Shown in pieces: positions 15,167 to 29,002 of a DNA stretch of 64,000 nt. Source of the stretch: Eledone cirrhosa (lineage: Eukaryota). The translations under genes were made by a program, and so were the position numbers. The stretch covers positions 26,412,001 through 26,476,000 of the forward strand of contig OZ024755.1 of NCBI GenBank assembly GCA_964016885.1. Reading direction: 5' to 3'. Every line of letters starts with the position of its first letter. Position 1 is the first letter of the stretch. The notes under the pieces are model-generated. The model saw nothing but the letters and a program-made list of their open reading frames with translations. It made no database searches and had not been told where the DNA came from.

Positions 15167-15365
15167 CATATATATATAGTGCTAGAACACTGGAAATCCA
15201 CAAGAGAGGAAGAGCTCAATATTTACAATAGAGTAAATATATTAGTTTATTTATTAATTTTCTTAGCTAGGGGACTGTTCATTAGCATCTCCAATGACAT
15301 AAGAATTCTATGAAGCGGCATAATAGCGAAGAAGAGAGAGAAAGAGATGTGTATATATATATATA

Positions 15366-15670
15366 TCATCATCATCAGGTCGAGCTTGCTCGGCTTTCTA
15401 CCACACGTTTCCTCCATCCATCTCTGTCTCTCATAGCGTTTGCGAGTTTTTCCGCAGTGCATCCAGTATCGTCCTCACGTTGCTTGACGTATGTCTTCTT
15501 GGGACGACCAGCGTTTCTTGCTCCATGAGATGGACTCGATAACAACACATCACCTGCTACTTCTGCCTTGCTGCACCAACAGTGGCCAGCAAATCTGAGT
15601 CTCTGTCCACGTATTGACCTGCTTTAAACGTGTCTTGGAGAGAACACCCAACAAATAAGGATCTCTATGG
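15366..15670 (-). mobile_element. RTE/RTEX-like LINE 3' end with (TGA)n tail
   Basis: FAGHCW...HGARNAGRPKKTYVKQREDDTG...AMRDRDGWRKRV* followed by tgatgatga. Confidence 0.8.
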
Positions 15671-15672
15671 CA

Positions 15673-15703
<31 letters not shown>

Positions 15704-15727
15704 CATAAATATATATATATTTCTCTC

Positions 15728-15841
<114 letters not shown>

Positions 15842-15868
15842 TACATATGGATACATATATACATATGG

Positions 15869-15899
<31 letters not shown>

Positions 15900-15956
15900 T
15901 ACATATATATATACACATATACATATATATATATATACATATATACATATATATAT

Positions 15957-16012
<56 letters not shown>

Positions 16013-16016
<4 letters not shown>

Positions 16017-16422
16017 CTGTAGTGGAGTCTGTGCTGCTGTATGGGTCTGAGACTTGGACACTGACCAAGAAACTCACTCAGATGGTGGATGGGTGCTACA
16101 CGAGAATGCTGAGGATGGCTCTGAACATTAATCAGTATACACTGAGGATGAAAAACTCAGAGCTGTATGGGAGCATCCCAAAAGTCAGCTCAAAAGTGAC
16201 ACAGAGGAGACTGAGGTTAGCTGGACATGCTCACCGACATCCAGAGTTGACATTGGGAGCCCCTACATGGACACACAAGAAGAGGAAGACCAAGGTTAAC
16301 GTATGTTGATGCCCTAAGGACAGACACTGGTCTGTTGGAGACGCAGGACATGGCTGCGATAATGAGGGACAGAGACCGCTGGAGAGAACTCATCCATGGA
16401 TCTCGGGAATTTTACCCGCCTT

Positions 16423-16424
<2 letters not shown>
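16013..16424 (+). mobile_element. RTE/RTEX-like LINE 3' end inserted in (TA)n
   Basis: [15 protein letters not shown]...RRLRLAGH, frameshift, [11 protein letters not shown]...MRDRDRWR. Confidence 0.85.
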
Positions 16425-16480
<56 letters not shown>

Positions 16481-16488
<8 letters not shown>

Positions 16489-16720
16489 GGCAATTTCTGT
16501 CTGTTTGTGTGTGTGTGTTTGTTTGTGAACCTAAACCTCAAAAACTACCAAACCGATCTTGATGAATCTTGACACGTGTGTGGGGGCTCATGCCCATTTG
16601 ATTTCTTACGTATATTTCATTTTAATCAAAGGGTACCCCGGGGGCTCAAATCCCCGCTGAAAATTTTTTCCCTTCGATTTATATGAAATTTAAACCATAG
16701 GGCAATGACAAGATATGATG
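16481..16720 (+). mobile_element. Possible non-autonomous Helitron-like 5' portion
   Basis: tatataaa followed by (GT)/gttt microsatellite and aaaaactaccaaaccgatcttgatgaa, like 21450-22193. Confidence 0.4.
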
Positions 16721-17257
16721 CCTATTTACAAAAAATAATGTTATATTTACAAAAAATAATGTTTTCCAATTTTTCATGCATTACATTTTACATTGAGTAA
16801 TATTGAAATGCAGAGTTTTTTTCCATAAATTATATCACTGATTTAACATCAATCATTTTCTTACAAAAAAAAAATAAATGTGTGAAACGCAACAAGGCGT
16901 AAGTAATAACATATTATGTTTGTGTTCCTCCTTTAGTATACATTGTGGTGATTACTTAAATGTCTATCTTTCTATCACATAAATAATTACACATATATCC
17001 TGTTCTCTTTCTTCAGTTTGCAAATGCAAACACATACAGACACGCACACACACACACACACCCACACACCCACACACCCACACCCACGTGTGTGTGAGAG
17101 TGAGTGATTGGTACGTGTAGTATTTAAAAGCATCCCACAGGACATGAATAGAAACCCCTTACTCAATGCACTCAACATTATACGTAGTCAATGGCTTATA
17201 TATCTCTAAAACCATGAATAAAAAACAAACCAAACCAAACAAAACCATGCCTGCAAG

Positions 17258-17308
<51 letters not shown>

Positions 17309-17311
17309 CTA

Positions 17312-17374
<63 letters not shown>

Positions 17375-17987
17375 TTAGCTCTATCAATTACAGCGTAAGC
17401 CGTCTTTGATTCAGATGCATGTTTCTAGAAAAACTAGAATTTTACCTGTAAACATATCAAGGCAGAAGACCAACTCCACTGGTTTTACATCAGATGTGAA
17501 TAGTAGAACCGAAATTGTCTGTTTCATTGTTTAAAATATCCGTTTAAATTTTGGCATGGCCAAACATAAGTGTTAAAACATCTTGTTACAGTAAGCGACA
17601 AATGACAACTGATTTTATTATGTTTATAAAGAAAGCATTATGTTTATAGGTAGAATAGACTTTGAGCGTTGTCTATTCAACCTTCCTTAATTATATCTCA
17701 GGGTGAACATTTATGAAAATCAATATTTACATATATATGTAGTTATAAATGCATTTGAATATTTATAGCTAAATCAAAAGTGCACAAGCGGATAACAGTA
17801 TTTTCCGAGTGTTATCACATTACTTAAAGGTATCCTACGAGGCGCAAACCAAAATACTACGATGCAGATATCATTGTATGGAATGAACGGAGTTCACGAC
17901 ATAAATAAATGGTGCTAATGCAACAGCTAAATACATGCAAATAACACATACATTCAAAACAGTACATAAAATACAGACTCAGATAGT

Positions 17988-18059
<72 letters not shown>

Positions 18060-18238
18060 TTATTTAAGTGAGTAACTTGCGGTTACTTACGGCGCGCTGC
18101 TGCTTTAAGCACCCAATGCTGATACGGGGGTCCGTCTCTCGTTGGGTTGTGTTGCAGGCTTAAGGCGGTTGTATGTATGTATGTATGTATGTATGTATGT
18201 ATGTATGTATGTATGTATGTATGCATGTATGTATGTAT

Positions 18239-18567
18239 GGAGAGATGACCCCTTAGTCTTTGTCAAGGCAGAATTCTAGGAGAAGGAAAACTCTGATATA
18301 ACACCTGCAACCCTGATGGTATCCAATGATGTTGACTTGTTATTCTTTTTGGTAAATATCATCTTGGTTAAGAGAGTGGGACTGGCTTTGTGCAGTGCCT
18401 TTGCTCACTATAAAAGCTTCACGGCACAGGCATTGCTTTATATCTGGAGATCTCTCTGCACTTGTCGTCACATGGTGCTATGGGCCCAGCACTATGTGTC
18501 AATAATTATCACAGGTGTAGTGTTTGTACCAGAGTTTTCAAGTCGTTGGCTGGACTAAAAAGTCACG
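18239..18567 (+). mobile_element. RTE-derived non-autonomous retroposon, partial copy
   Basis: Homology to 58084-58690. Confidence 0.85.
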
Positions 18568-18569
18568 AC

Positions 18570-18900
18570 TTCATTTATACCTTAAACGTGGTTTTGTCTT
18601 TGCGTGGTTTTGTTCTCATCGCTCAACATAACGACGTTTTAACTTCGCTTTTTTCCGTTCATCGTCTTCCTATTTTCCTTCGGTTGCAACGTTTTTCGAA
18701 ATATTTACTTCTGCGTTCACAGATTGATATTTTTAGTTTCAGAAGATCCCGTTAAGGGTGAAAGCAGCGATTCTTTGCTTAAAATTTAATCTGTTATTTT
18801 AATAAATATTTGCTCTAGGGTTCTTATATATTTGATATATATTTATCCTTATCGAGCCCTCTTTGGATTTTAGTCTTTAAATTTATTATTATTACTATAG
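18570..18900 (+). mobile_element. Family-C pLTR with HHR-like motif at 18735-18785 (CAGAAGA core)
   Basis: AGUUU-CAGAAGA-uCCCguuaaGGGu-GAAAGCA...UGCUU-AAAUU followed by family-C tail. Confidence 0.7.
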
Positions 18901-18966
18901 ATATGAGTATACATGCGTGATCCACATTTAAAACTGTTTAGGTGTGGATCACATATGTAAACTCAC

Positions 18967-19051
18967 ATATCTGAGGAGATGTCGAAGGAGAGTCGGACTT
19001 CGATCGCCTTGATCATACCCGTCATAATCGATATTGAAACAATTGTCATAT
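18967..19051 (+). ncRNA. Type-I HHR with extended helix II
   Basis: AUAU-CUGAGGA-GAUGUCGA...UCGAUAUU-GAAAC-AAUU-GUC-AUAU. Confidence 0.85.
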
Positions 19052-19172
19052 ACAAATAGTGTTTCTACACAAGCCGCAAATCTGACTCCAATTATTTTCA
19101 ATATAATATATGTTTGTGTATGTATGTGTGTGTGTATGTGTGTAAGAGAGAGAGAGAGAGTAAATAAATAAT

Positions 19173-19357
19173 TGTTTCTACTTTAGGCACAAGGCCAGCA
19201 ATTACCCAGTGCATTACTGGTACTTTATTTTATCGATCCCGTAAGGATGAAAGGCAAAGTCAACCTCGGCGGGATTTGAACTCAGATCGTAAAGGGACGT
19301 AACTATGCTGGAAAGCATGGCGTCCGACCCTCTACCGATACTGCCAATCCACCACCC
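19173..19357 (-). mobile_element. tRNA-derived SINE with 16-bp TSD, inserted at the tail of an older SINE
   Basis: TSD agagtaaataaataat at 19157-19172 and 19384-19399. Confidence 0.9.
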
Positions 19358-19399
19358 TTTGTCGTCACATGGTGCTAATAAATAGAGTAAATAAATAAT

Positions 19400-19610
19400 G
19401 ATTTCTGATTTAGGCACAAGGCCAACAATTTTGGAGAGGGAAAACTCGACTAAATCAACCCCAGTGCGTTACTCGTTCTTTATTTTGTTGACCTCATAAG
19501 GATGAAAAGAAAAACCAATCGGGACGGTATTTTGAACTTAGAACGTAAAAGGACGTAAGTCTCTGCCACGAAATATGGTGTCCGACGTTCTATCAGTACT
19601 GCGAATCGAC
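19400..19610 (-). mobile_element. Older diverged SINE of the same superfamily
   Basis: Degenerate tail, core and head. Confidence 0.75.
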
Positions 19611-19923
19611 TAAAAATATTGATTTATAAGAGAGAGAGAGAGAGTAAATAATATAGTTGGAAATAGAGATAGACAAAGATTTCTTTTATAAATATTTCAT
19701 GCAATGCTCGCAATGCTTGGCTGTATCTTATTGAATTTGTGAAGCCAAAGATAATTATTCGAAGCGTACTTGTTATTTAGTTTTAAATATATAACTTGGA
19801 AAGCTATAGGTTCAATTGTATTAGTACTAATGAAATAAGTGTAAAGCTAGATGGAAACTAAGTGTACTCTTAACTGACAAGGTTATCACTAATCGAGTTC
19901 GAAGTATAGACACACACATATAT

Positions 19924-19989
<66 letters not shown>

Positions 19990-20118
19990 TATACATACAC
20001 ATATATACATTTATATGCACACATACACACATGTATATATACACACACATATATATGTATAGTTATCCATACACCCGCACACACACATATATTATATATA
20101 TATATTTAATATAGAAAT

Positions 20119-20167
20119 GGCTTCTACAGGACTAGAACTGTTTCATTCGGGAGAAATCATCAGGAAG

Positions 20168-20169
<2 letters not shown>
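20119..20169 (-). ncRNA. Complete type-I HHR (family D)
   Basis: GGCUUC-CUGAUGA-uUUCucccGAAu-GAAACAG-uucuaguc-CUGUA-GAAGCC, between (TA)n tracts. Confidence 0.85.
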
Positions 20170-20208
<39 letters not shown>

Positions 20209-20528
20209 GGTGCTATTGATTATTTTTCCACCATACATGCATACATCGATGTATGTAAGTAATTATATATGACCTCATATGGTTGCGAATAGATTACCAA
20301 TATTTCCACAAGTGAGTCATGTAACCAGTGGCTAGTAAAACCAAACGAGAGTTTCCTACTACATGATCCGACAGGTCACTGAAGATATCCACAAACTAAT
20401 GCCTACTAAGACGTGTGTTATATGTTTTTAATTTTATTTAGAAATACTTTATTTTGTTTGTCCATTTCATTGGTTAATCATATATCTAGAGATTTAATTT
20501 GGATATTTGATCAACTGCAAGAAACCGA

Positions 20529-20779
20529 TACGCTGACCAAATATCCGTATCTAATTCCTAGATATTTCCTCTATCCTGTAACGAAATTGAAATGGTGGAT
20601 TTTCTAAGGCTTCTTACAAGTGATGCAACCATCTAGGTAATGGAGTTTTTTAATTGTCCTATACGCTTCCAACTTATTTCAGGTTGTAAGAATCCATAGA
20701 ATAATCCAGTATTTAAATCTTCGTACAGGATAGATTATATATATATCTAGGAATTAAGTACGGATATTTGGTCAGCGTA
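20529..20779. mobile_element. Fold-back/MITE-like element, ~90-bp imperfect arms
   Basis: tacgctgaccaaatatccgta...ttcttacaa versus ttgtaagaa...tacggatatttggtcagcgta. Confidence 0.75.
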
Positions 20780-21394
20780 GTGCTTATCCAATCAGCTTGG
20801 TTTAATAAACATATACTAGCAGATTGATGGCTTAATCAATAGAGTATAGTGCAGCCAAGCATACTTCGTGTTCTGGCCGAGGCCAAATTAACTTTAACAT
20901 CACAATAGCCCCCCCCCCACCCAAAAAAAAAGGAAACAAACAAAAAACCCTGACTATTTCTTGTGGGATCTATATACTTCAGCCTAGTGAGCATTAGGAA
21001 TAATACAATCCTGATTCTGACAATACGAATGTCACATTGAGGATTTCAAAAACCAAGTCCGTTCAGAAACACACGGTATACCAGCATGTAGAGCACATCC
21101 AGGAGCTGGTGGGAACAATTAACTTAGGATATGATCAAGTGGAGGAAAACAGTAGCGGTCCCCACAGCAGCCGATTAATAATAATACCAGAAATAGGTGC
21201 AGGATGGTTGTTGTTGTATTGGGGTATGGTTTTGAAAACATAACCACCCGACATATGGCAGGTGTGAGTTTGGGTCCCACAAGCAACGCTCTCCTCTTTT
21301 CCCGTTTTGAGAGAATTATATGCCCAACATTCATTAAAAGCTCACACACGCCCCCCCCCTATATATGCATATATATATATTAAAATAACAGATT

Positions 21395-21449
21395 AAAGTT
21401 TAAGCAAAGAATCGCTGCTTTCACCCTTAACGGGATCTTCTGAAACTTT
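21395..21449 (-). ncRNA. Family-C HHR motif (U4A core change)
   Basis: AAAGUUU-CAGAAGA-uCCCguuaaGGGu-GAAAGCA-loop-UGCUU-AAACUUU. Confidence 0.6.
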
Positions 21450-22193
<744 letters not shown>

Positions 22194-22194
22194 T

Positions 22195-22370
22195 AATAAT
22201 TGTTTCTACGTTTGGCACAAGGCCAGCAATTGTCCCAGTGCATTACTGGTGCTTTATTTTATCGACCCCGTAAGGCAAAGTGAACCTCGGCGGGATTTGG
22301 ACTCAGATCGTAAAGGGGTGTAACTCTATGCTGCAAAGCATGGCGTCCGACCCTCTACCGATACTGCCAA
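22195..22370 (-). mobile_element. tRNA-derived SINE
   Basis: Homology to the 22630 copy. Confidence 0.9.
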
Positions 22371-22626
22371 ATAACGGCGTTACAAAGTGTTAGTTAGGAC
22401 TAGGTGATCAAATTTATTACAATCATTTCTTAATGTTTTTCAGGAAGCTCTCATATTCTACATCATCACCCTACATCACTTTAATTCATGTAGTAGACGC
22501 CATACATGGTTGCCAGACATTTGGGAGAAAAATCAATGACTGATTATTTTCCATGTGGTAATGAAAATCTATTCTATATATTCAGGAATTCTATTCTATA
22601 TATCACATCATTATATGAAGTATAAT

Positions 22627-22814
22627 GATGGGCGGTGGATTGGCACTGTCGGTAGAGGGTCGGACGCCATGCTTTCCAGCATAGTTACGTCCCTTTACGA
22701 TCTGAGTTCAAATCCCGCCGAGGTTGACTTTGCCTTTCATCCTTACGGGGTCGATAAAATAAAGTACCAGTAATGCACTGGGTAATTGCTGGCCTTGTGC
22801 CTAAAGTAGAAACA
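22627..22814 (+). mobile_element. tRNA-derived SINE with 17-bp TSD
   Basis: TSD attatatgaagtataat at 22610-22626 and 22815-22831. Confidence 0.92.
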
Positions 22815-24436
22815 ATTATATGAAGTATAATATGTCTGAATTAGATCGTTTATATCATTAAGTCGAACCATTCCAATTAAAAGAGTTAGTTCTGTAACAT
22901 AAATTGACTAATTATGTAAATTTTCTTTGGGAGAGGGGTAAATTGAATCTAATTAATAATATATATTCTAAATTGATATCTACATTAGGTAAATTCGAAT
23001 TTAAACGTTTTATTGCAGGTTCATAAGTATATTATTATCTGATTATAAATAAGACACGCACAGCGCTTAAGCTTTGAACATACGTATGTGTTTGTAAATG
23101 AGTGTCTGAGTGTGTTTATATGTCTGATGTGTCTGTATATGTATGTATATGGATGTATGAGTACGTGTATGTGTGTGAGAGTATGTGTGTGTGTGATACC
23201 AACAGAAAGAGCACCTGAAAGTCAGTGATATAGACAGCAACAGAAACTAAACTATACGCACGAATTTCTCGAAACAGCAGCAGTGAAATCTTCAAATCAC
23301 ACCCTACTGGCTAAAAAAAAAAGACGCTTATATGATGTGATATTCAATGTATTCGGGTTGAAAAAAGACAGCGTGGTCTCAGAGTCTGTTCAAGTAGGGA
23401 TGACATTAGAACAAATACGACTAAGTAAACTTCAAAAAGCGTTATCATCTCATGATGACATCATATAAATGCATTTCCAAAACTGCAACACATATAGAGC
23501 CAGCCAGAAAATACAGTTTTGATCAATAGCTGATACCTCTACAAAGCTAAAGGATGATAAACTTCAGAGAACTGCTACAAACGCTATCATACATCCTAGA
23601 TTACATCTCCCAAAAGGGTCATGCAACTGGGTTAGAAAAAAACATTCACCAAATACTACCACGAGTCAACGAGTGAGCTTTTACGCGATCACTCAACTTA
23701 GAAATACGAGGTAAAATCTCTCTTAAGGCTCTACTATGTTAAATAATGGGAAACATAATGTAACCCAAGATACTTGATATCAAAAACAGAAATAGATGGT
23801 ATTGTCGCTATTGGAATATGTTTGATTATCAGTCAGAGCTGAAACAAGTAGTGATAAACAACAACCACTTCTAGACAAACTGACTCTGTGTTCTTTACTC
23901 TCCTCTTCCCAACATCCCTACTGTGTATTACTCTTCAGATTAAATTCTCGTGTAATATACTTAATCTGTCGTCCGGTTTAAGATTGCCTGACCCATGGCC
24001 TATGAGAGCATTTAACGAGATCCACACTGCTGCAGGTGTTTGGGTAGGTTTCCGGTTTGATTAAACTTTGTTCGATCTCACTTCATCAATCTCGGAGATA
24101 GAAAAAAGGGCCATTTATACTGCCATTAAAAAAACAAAAAAAACCCTTTATGACATTTTTGCTCAATTCTTTCGCTATAAAAATGCACACATTAGACAAG
24201 TTTCATACATCAACTACGACTTCATTCGCGTGGGAAGGTCTTCAAACGTGATTGCCATGGTATCTATCCCCTATAAAAAAATACGATAAAAATATATAGC
24301 AATAGATCTTCCCAACAATAAAAATATTTTATTAAGCAGTTCATATTTTGATAAATATGTGTGTGTGTGTGAGTGTGTATGTGTATGTTTGTGTATGAGT
24401 GTTTGTGTGTATGAGTGTATGTGTACGTATGTGTGT

Positions 24437-24486
<50 letters not shown>

Positions 24487-24570
24487 GTGAGTGTGTGTGT
24501 GTGTGTGTGTATGTGTGTGTCTATGTGTGTGTGTGTCTGTGTGTGTGTGTATGTGTGTGTGTGTGTGTGT

Positions 24571-24606
<36 letters not shown>

Positions 24607-24868
24607 GTGTTAGTGTGTGTGTGTATGAGTTTATGTGTGTGTCATATTCTCCATCTTTAGAGAACGTTGACCACATAAAAACGATTTGCAGACAATGTGA
24701 TGTTTGTTTTACAGTTTTGTCATTTAAAATAAGTAGATTGATTATATCTAAGCATTTTATATTGTTCGCATAGAAACAAAACATGAAAAAAATCGATATT
24801 ATATGTTAACGAAGAAACTATACGATTATCTATCTATCAATCAATCAATCAATAAAGCTATCTGTCAG

Positions 24869-24945
<77 letters not shown>

Positions 24946-25029
24946 ATATCTATCTATCTATCTATCTGTTTGTGTGTGTCTGCCTGTCGGTCTGTCTTTC
25001 TATCTCTCTATCTATCTCTGTCTGTCTCT

Positions 25030-25078
<49 letters not shown>

Positions 25079-25541
25079 TTGTAAGGATTTTGATATGAGA
25101 TCGTGTGTTGAAACAAATATTGTTATATTTGGAGAGGGCCATATTGTTATAATACTGCCAGAAATATAATAAAACACTCTCACTGTTTGGTTTGGATAGA
25201 CAACATAGACATTAAAATAATATCTAAACATAGAAATTACAGGTAGACAAATTAGGGAAGCTACTGAAATAGAAATAAGAAAACCGAAGTTGAACAGAAA
25301 AAAATGAATGGACTAACAACAACAACCATAAACAAACACAGAATAGTGACATAAGATAGATGTAAATAAATATACACAGGTACTATAACAACAAGCACAC
25401 ATAAACACACACTGGTGAGCAAAGACTCAGACACGAACACACACCGAACAGAAAACACGCACACAAACGCATGCATAAACAGAGACAAAAAAAAAATAGA
25501 ATAGACATTACAATACAACAGGAGGAAACATAATTGTACCA

Positions 25542-25577
25542 TTGATGATGTCACAGGTGTGTGATGAAAGAACTTTG

Positions 25578-25583
<6 letters not shown>
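25542..25583 (+). ncRNA. Decayed HHR related to 31038-31082
   Basis: ttgatga-tgtcacaggtgtgtgat-gaaagaactt. Confidence 0.5.
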
Positions 25584-25608
<25 letters not shown>

Positions 25609-25890
25609 CATAAATCATGTCCTTAGAATTATTAGATAAAATATATACCATTTCCTCTTCCAATTAGCATAATTAACCATATAAAAAATCAATTAGACCA
25701 AGCTATAAGAAGAAAGGCTCTTATGCAGAAATCTCCGACAAATAACCGAAAGTGGCCTCTTCGCGGTGGCCCCAATAGAGTATTTATCCAACATTTCGAC
25801 AGCATGTAGAAACTGACTAAATATACCATCAACCATACACAATTAGGTGTAAAATTAAACTTAGGAAAAATGTGTACATACCGTAATTAT

Positions 25891-25967
25891 ATCTCTACCA
25901 TGGTTTCATCCGTATTTTTAGACATCCAATTAATAGGAATGTCTTGAGTTAGGATTCATCAGGAGAC
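25891..25967 (-). ncRNA. Minimal type-I HHR with extended helix II
   Basis: GUCUC-CUGAUGA-AUCC...AGACAU..CC/GGAUGUCU...GGAU-GAAAC-CAUG-GUA-GAGAU; palindromic ACCAUGGU. Confidence 0.88.
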
Positions 25968-26256
25968 AAACTCAAAATCAGACATTTAGTTTTCCAACTT
26001 GATCGCGCCAAAATTAGATTAAAAAATGGCTAAGAATCGCTATGTGGCTGTGGTCAAGCTAGAAAGAATGTGATTAGTTGCTTACGGCGGGTAGGCTTGT
26101 TGCTAGAAAGCGCAGCCAAATATCGCCAAATTGAATCTCAACCTAACGGGAGATTATTAAATATAAAGGTTTACATATACATAAAGTTATAGATATATAT
26201 GCTGCAACCGGTCACTTTTAGGCTCTATGAAGAATTAATAAATTAAATAATCAGAG

Positions 26257-26330
<74 letters not shown>

Positions 26331-27212
26331 TGCAGATGGTCTTTAACCAGACGTCTGCTTCATCATGGATGATCTAGGACTAAACAATAACAAAATATCC
26401 TTATGACTAGTACAACCACAGCCAACACCGACATAAACACTAACATCATAATGTACTTGATCTCATTGTCTTAATCCTTATGAACATCGTTGTTTGCGTC
26501 GATGTCTCCATCACCATCATCACCATTATCATCTTTAACATCATTATCGCCGTCAACAATCATCATCATCAACATCAGCAGCCTCAGTAGCATCTCCTTC
26601 ATTGTTCATATATTGCAATTTTATCCTACACAACAACCTAGACACCATTTACAAGTATTTTTAAGTATTATTTTATTTAATGTTTATTTGTCACTCTTTC
26701 TTAGTAGTTTATTTGCTAGAATGTCTCTTTTATATAATGTTTCTTGCTATATTTCTTGGAGCGGCGTTCTTTGGTTGGCTGGTTTGCTAAGTCGAGATTG
26801 CTTACCGTATAATCAATCACACCAAAGAAGCTGTAAGTGTTGAAAAAGTACCGATGTTTGCATTCTGCAGATTTGATGCATGTTAACGTTCGATAGGAAA
26901 CGCTAGCTTCTGGCAAATGAATTAAACTAATTGACTATACAAGGAGCTATGCTGAGAGAAAATTAACAAATTTACAGACGAATGGTTAATTTCGGATGTA
27001 ATCAACCTTATACATAGTGGATCAAATCATTGTAAAAAAAAAAAAATCCTTTATGGTAAAACAGTTTTGCTTCTAAAATTAAAAATCAATTAAGACTTCA
27101 ATGTAAATCTTCTTTTTAATTCTGTATTTAATTAATTTCTTAGCTTTTTCTTTCACTATCTGATTACCAATATTCATATCTTATCTATCTATCTATCTAT
27201 TTATCTATCTTT

Positions 27213-27304
<92 letters not shown>

Positions 27305-28967
27305 GCATCCCTCTGGAACCGGGACTGCGGAAAGCGGCGTCGGCCTACGCCGACGACGTGACAGTAATGGTGTCGAGCGCCTCGCAAATCGAGAAAGTCG
27401 GCACCTTACTAAAGGAATACGAAAGTCTCACAGGAGCGAAGCTGAACCGGGACAAGTCCATCGGTTTGCAACTCGGATCGTGGAGAGGCAGACCGATGCC
27501 TTCCGATGGCGTCGTCGGACGCTGGACGGAAGGACCGGTAAAGCTGCTCGGGGTCTGGTTTGGTCCGGACCTCCAGGTGGAGAAGAACTGGAACGAAGTG
27601 ACGGCCAAGGTGTTTGCACTCACCCAGAAGTGGGCCGAGTGCAAACTATCCTTGAAAGGTCGAGCGGAGGTGGCGAACACTTTTATAGCGTCCGCCATCT
27701 ACTACCGCTTGACCGTCGTGCCTTGTCCAGCCAAAACGCTCGCCAAAATGGAGCGCGCCCTCTTCCGATTCCTTTGGAAGAGGCGGGCTCCTTTGGTAAG
27801 AAGATCCATCTGCTGCCAACACCCTTCTAACGGAGGGCTGGGGATGCCGTGGTTGACGATGCGCAAACACGCGCTCAGGCTGCGGCATCTCTACGTATTC
27901 CTCACCGGACAACCGGTGTGGGCCCCGTTCGTGAGGCGAGCCTTCCCACGACTCGTCTCACTGACCGAGCTACAGTCCTGGGTCAAGCAGAGACCGAGGA
28001 AAATGGGCGACTGGCACATCGAATGTGCTCAGGCGCTCACAGCCCTCTGGCAGGCGGACCCGGCGATCAGTGGAGACTCCACTTCGTCATTCTATAGAGG
28101 GTTGGTCCGCAGCAAGTGCGACGACGCGCTCGGTGAAACTCTAGGCGTGGAGGAAGATGAACTGGCCAGTCTGTTCGGTAGGACCTTCCGCCCGGGACCG
28201 ATGGACAACTTCCAAAAGTCCCTGGCCTGGCAGTGCTACCGAGGAGCTCTACCAGTTCGAGACAAGCTCTACAGACATGGGCGCCCGGGCAGGGACCCTG
28301 CAAAAAAGATCTGTCCGAGGTGCGTGCGAGACGAAGAAACCGTCGCGCACGCATTCATACACTGCCCGGGCGTCACTGACCTGTGGGGCTATGTAGAACG
28401 ACTATTGTCGCGGGTGGGACCAATCCAGTTGACCACCGAGTCCATTGTCATGATCAAACCGCCACCCTCCTTCAAAAACGAAGGAGAGGCGGTTTTCCTT
28501 TGTGTGATAGCTATGGCGAAAGAGGTTGTATGGTGGACAAGGTTGAAAGGGCTGAGGTCAGACACCTTTCTCTCCGGCCAACAACTGATTCTTTTTTTCA
28601 AATACCACTTTGGAAGAAGAATCAGGATGGAGAGAGAGGTGCTGTACCCCAGCAAGTTTTATGAAAGGTGGGTGAAAGTGGCGAGAATGGCCCGAGTGAA
28701 TGGGCCTTCTCTCTATATCAGCCTGTAGGTTGAGGAAAAGGAGGAGGAGAGGAAAGGAGTACAAGCTCTTCGTACTCCTGGAGATGAGGGTTGCACATTT
28801 TTTTCGGGGGTCTGTGTTACCCATATAAACTGTCTCCCTCTATTGGGGAAAATCGACTAACTTTTAAATTCCATCTGTGATAACATTTTACACGTTTTTA
28901 TTGTATGTAAACTTCCCCCTTTGTATTTGTCCCCTTCTTTTGTGCCCCTGTGGCTAATAAAGAAATA
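27305..28967 (+). mobile_element. 5'-truncated Tx1/L1-group LINE inserted in (TCTA)n
   Basis: GC-rich island, open ORF2 C-terminal half, 3'UTR ending aataaagaaata, (TCTA)n on both sides. Confidence 0.92.
27358..28728 (+). CDS. LINE ORF2 fragment: RT C-terminal half plus CCHC (zf-RVT) knuckle, 5' truncated
   Basis: In-frame YADD at 27346-27357, GAKLNRDKS, KLLGVWF, LSLKGRA, GGLGMP, CPRC..ETVAHAFIHC. Confidence 0.9.
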   Translation: MTVMVSSASQIEKVGTLLKEYESLTGAKLNRDKSIGLQLGSWRGRPMPSDGVVGRWTEGPVKLLGVWFGPDLQVEKNWNEVTAKVFALTQKWAECKLSLKGRAEVANTFIASAIYYRLTVVPCPAKTLAKMERALFRFLWKRRAPLVRRSICCQHPSNGGLGMPWLTMRKHALRLRHLYVFLTGQPVWAPFVRRAFPRLVSLTELQSWVKQRPRKMGDWHIECAQALTALWQADPAISGDSTSSFYRGLVRSKCDDALGETLGVEEDELASLFGRTFRPGPMDNFQKSLAWQCYRGALPVRDKLYRHGRPGRDPAKKICPRCVRDEETVAHAFIHCPGVTDLWGYVERLLSRVGPIQLTTESIVMIKPPPSFKNEGEAVFLCVIAMAKEVVWWTRLKGLRSDTFLSGQQLILFFKYHFGRRIRMEREVLYPSKFYERWVKVARMARVNGPSLYISL

Positions 28968-29002
28968 TATCTATCTATCTATCTATGTATCTATCTATCT
29001 AA

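Noticed and set aside
20990-21350. LDHILS-like zinc-knuckle remnant on the minus strand
   Set aside because: Multiple stops and frameshifts; clade not assignable
23270-24300. Short ORFs in unique-looking DNA as possible host exons
   Set aside because: No recognisable domain or consistent splice structure; probably old TE debris
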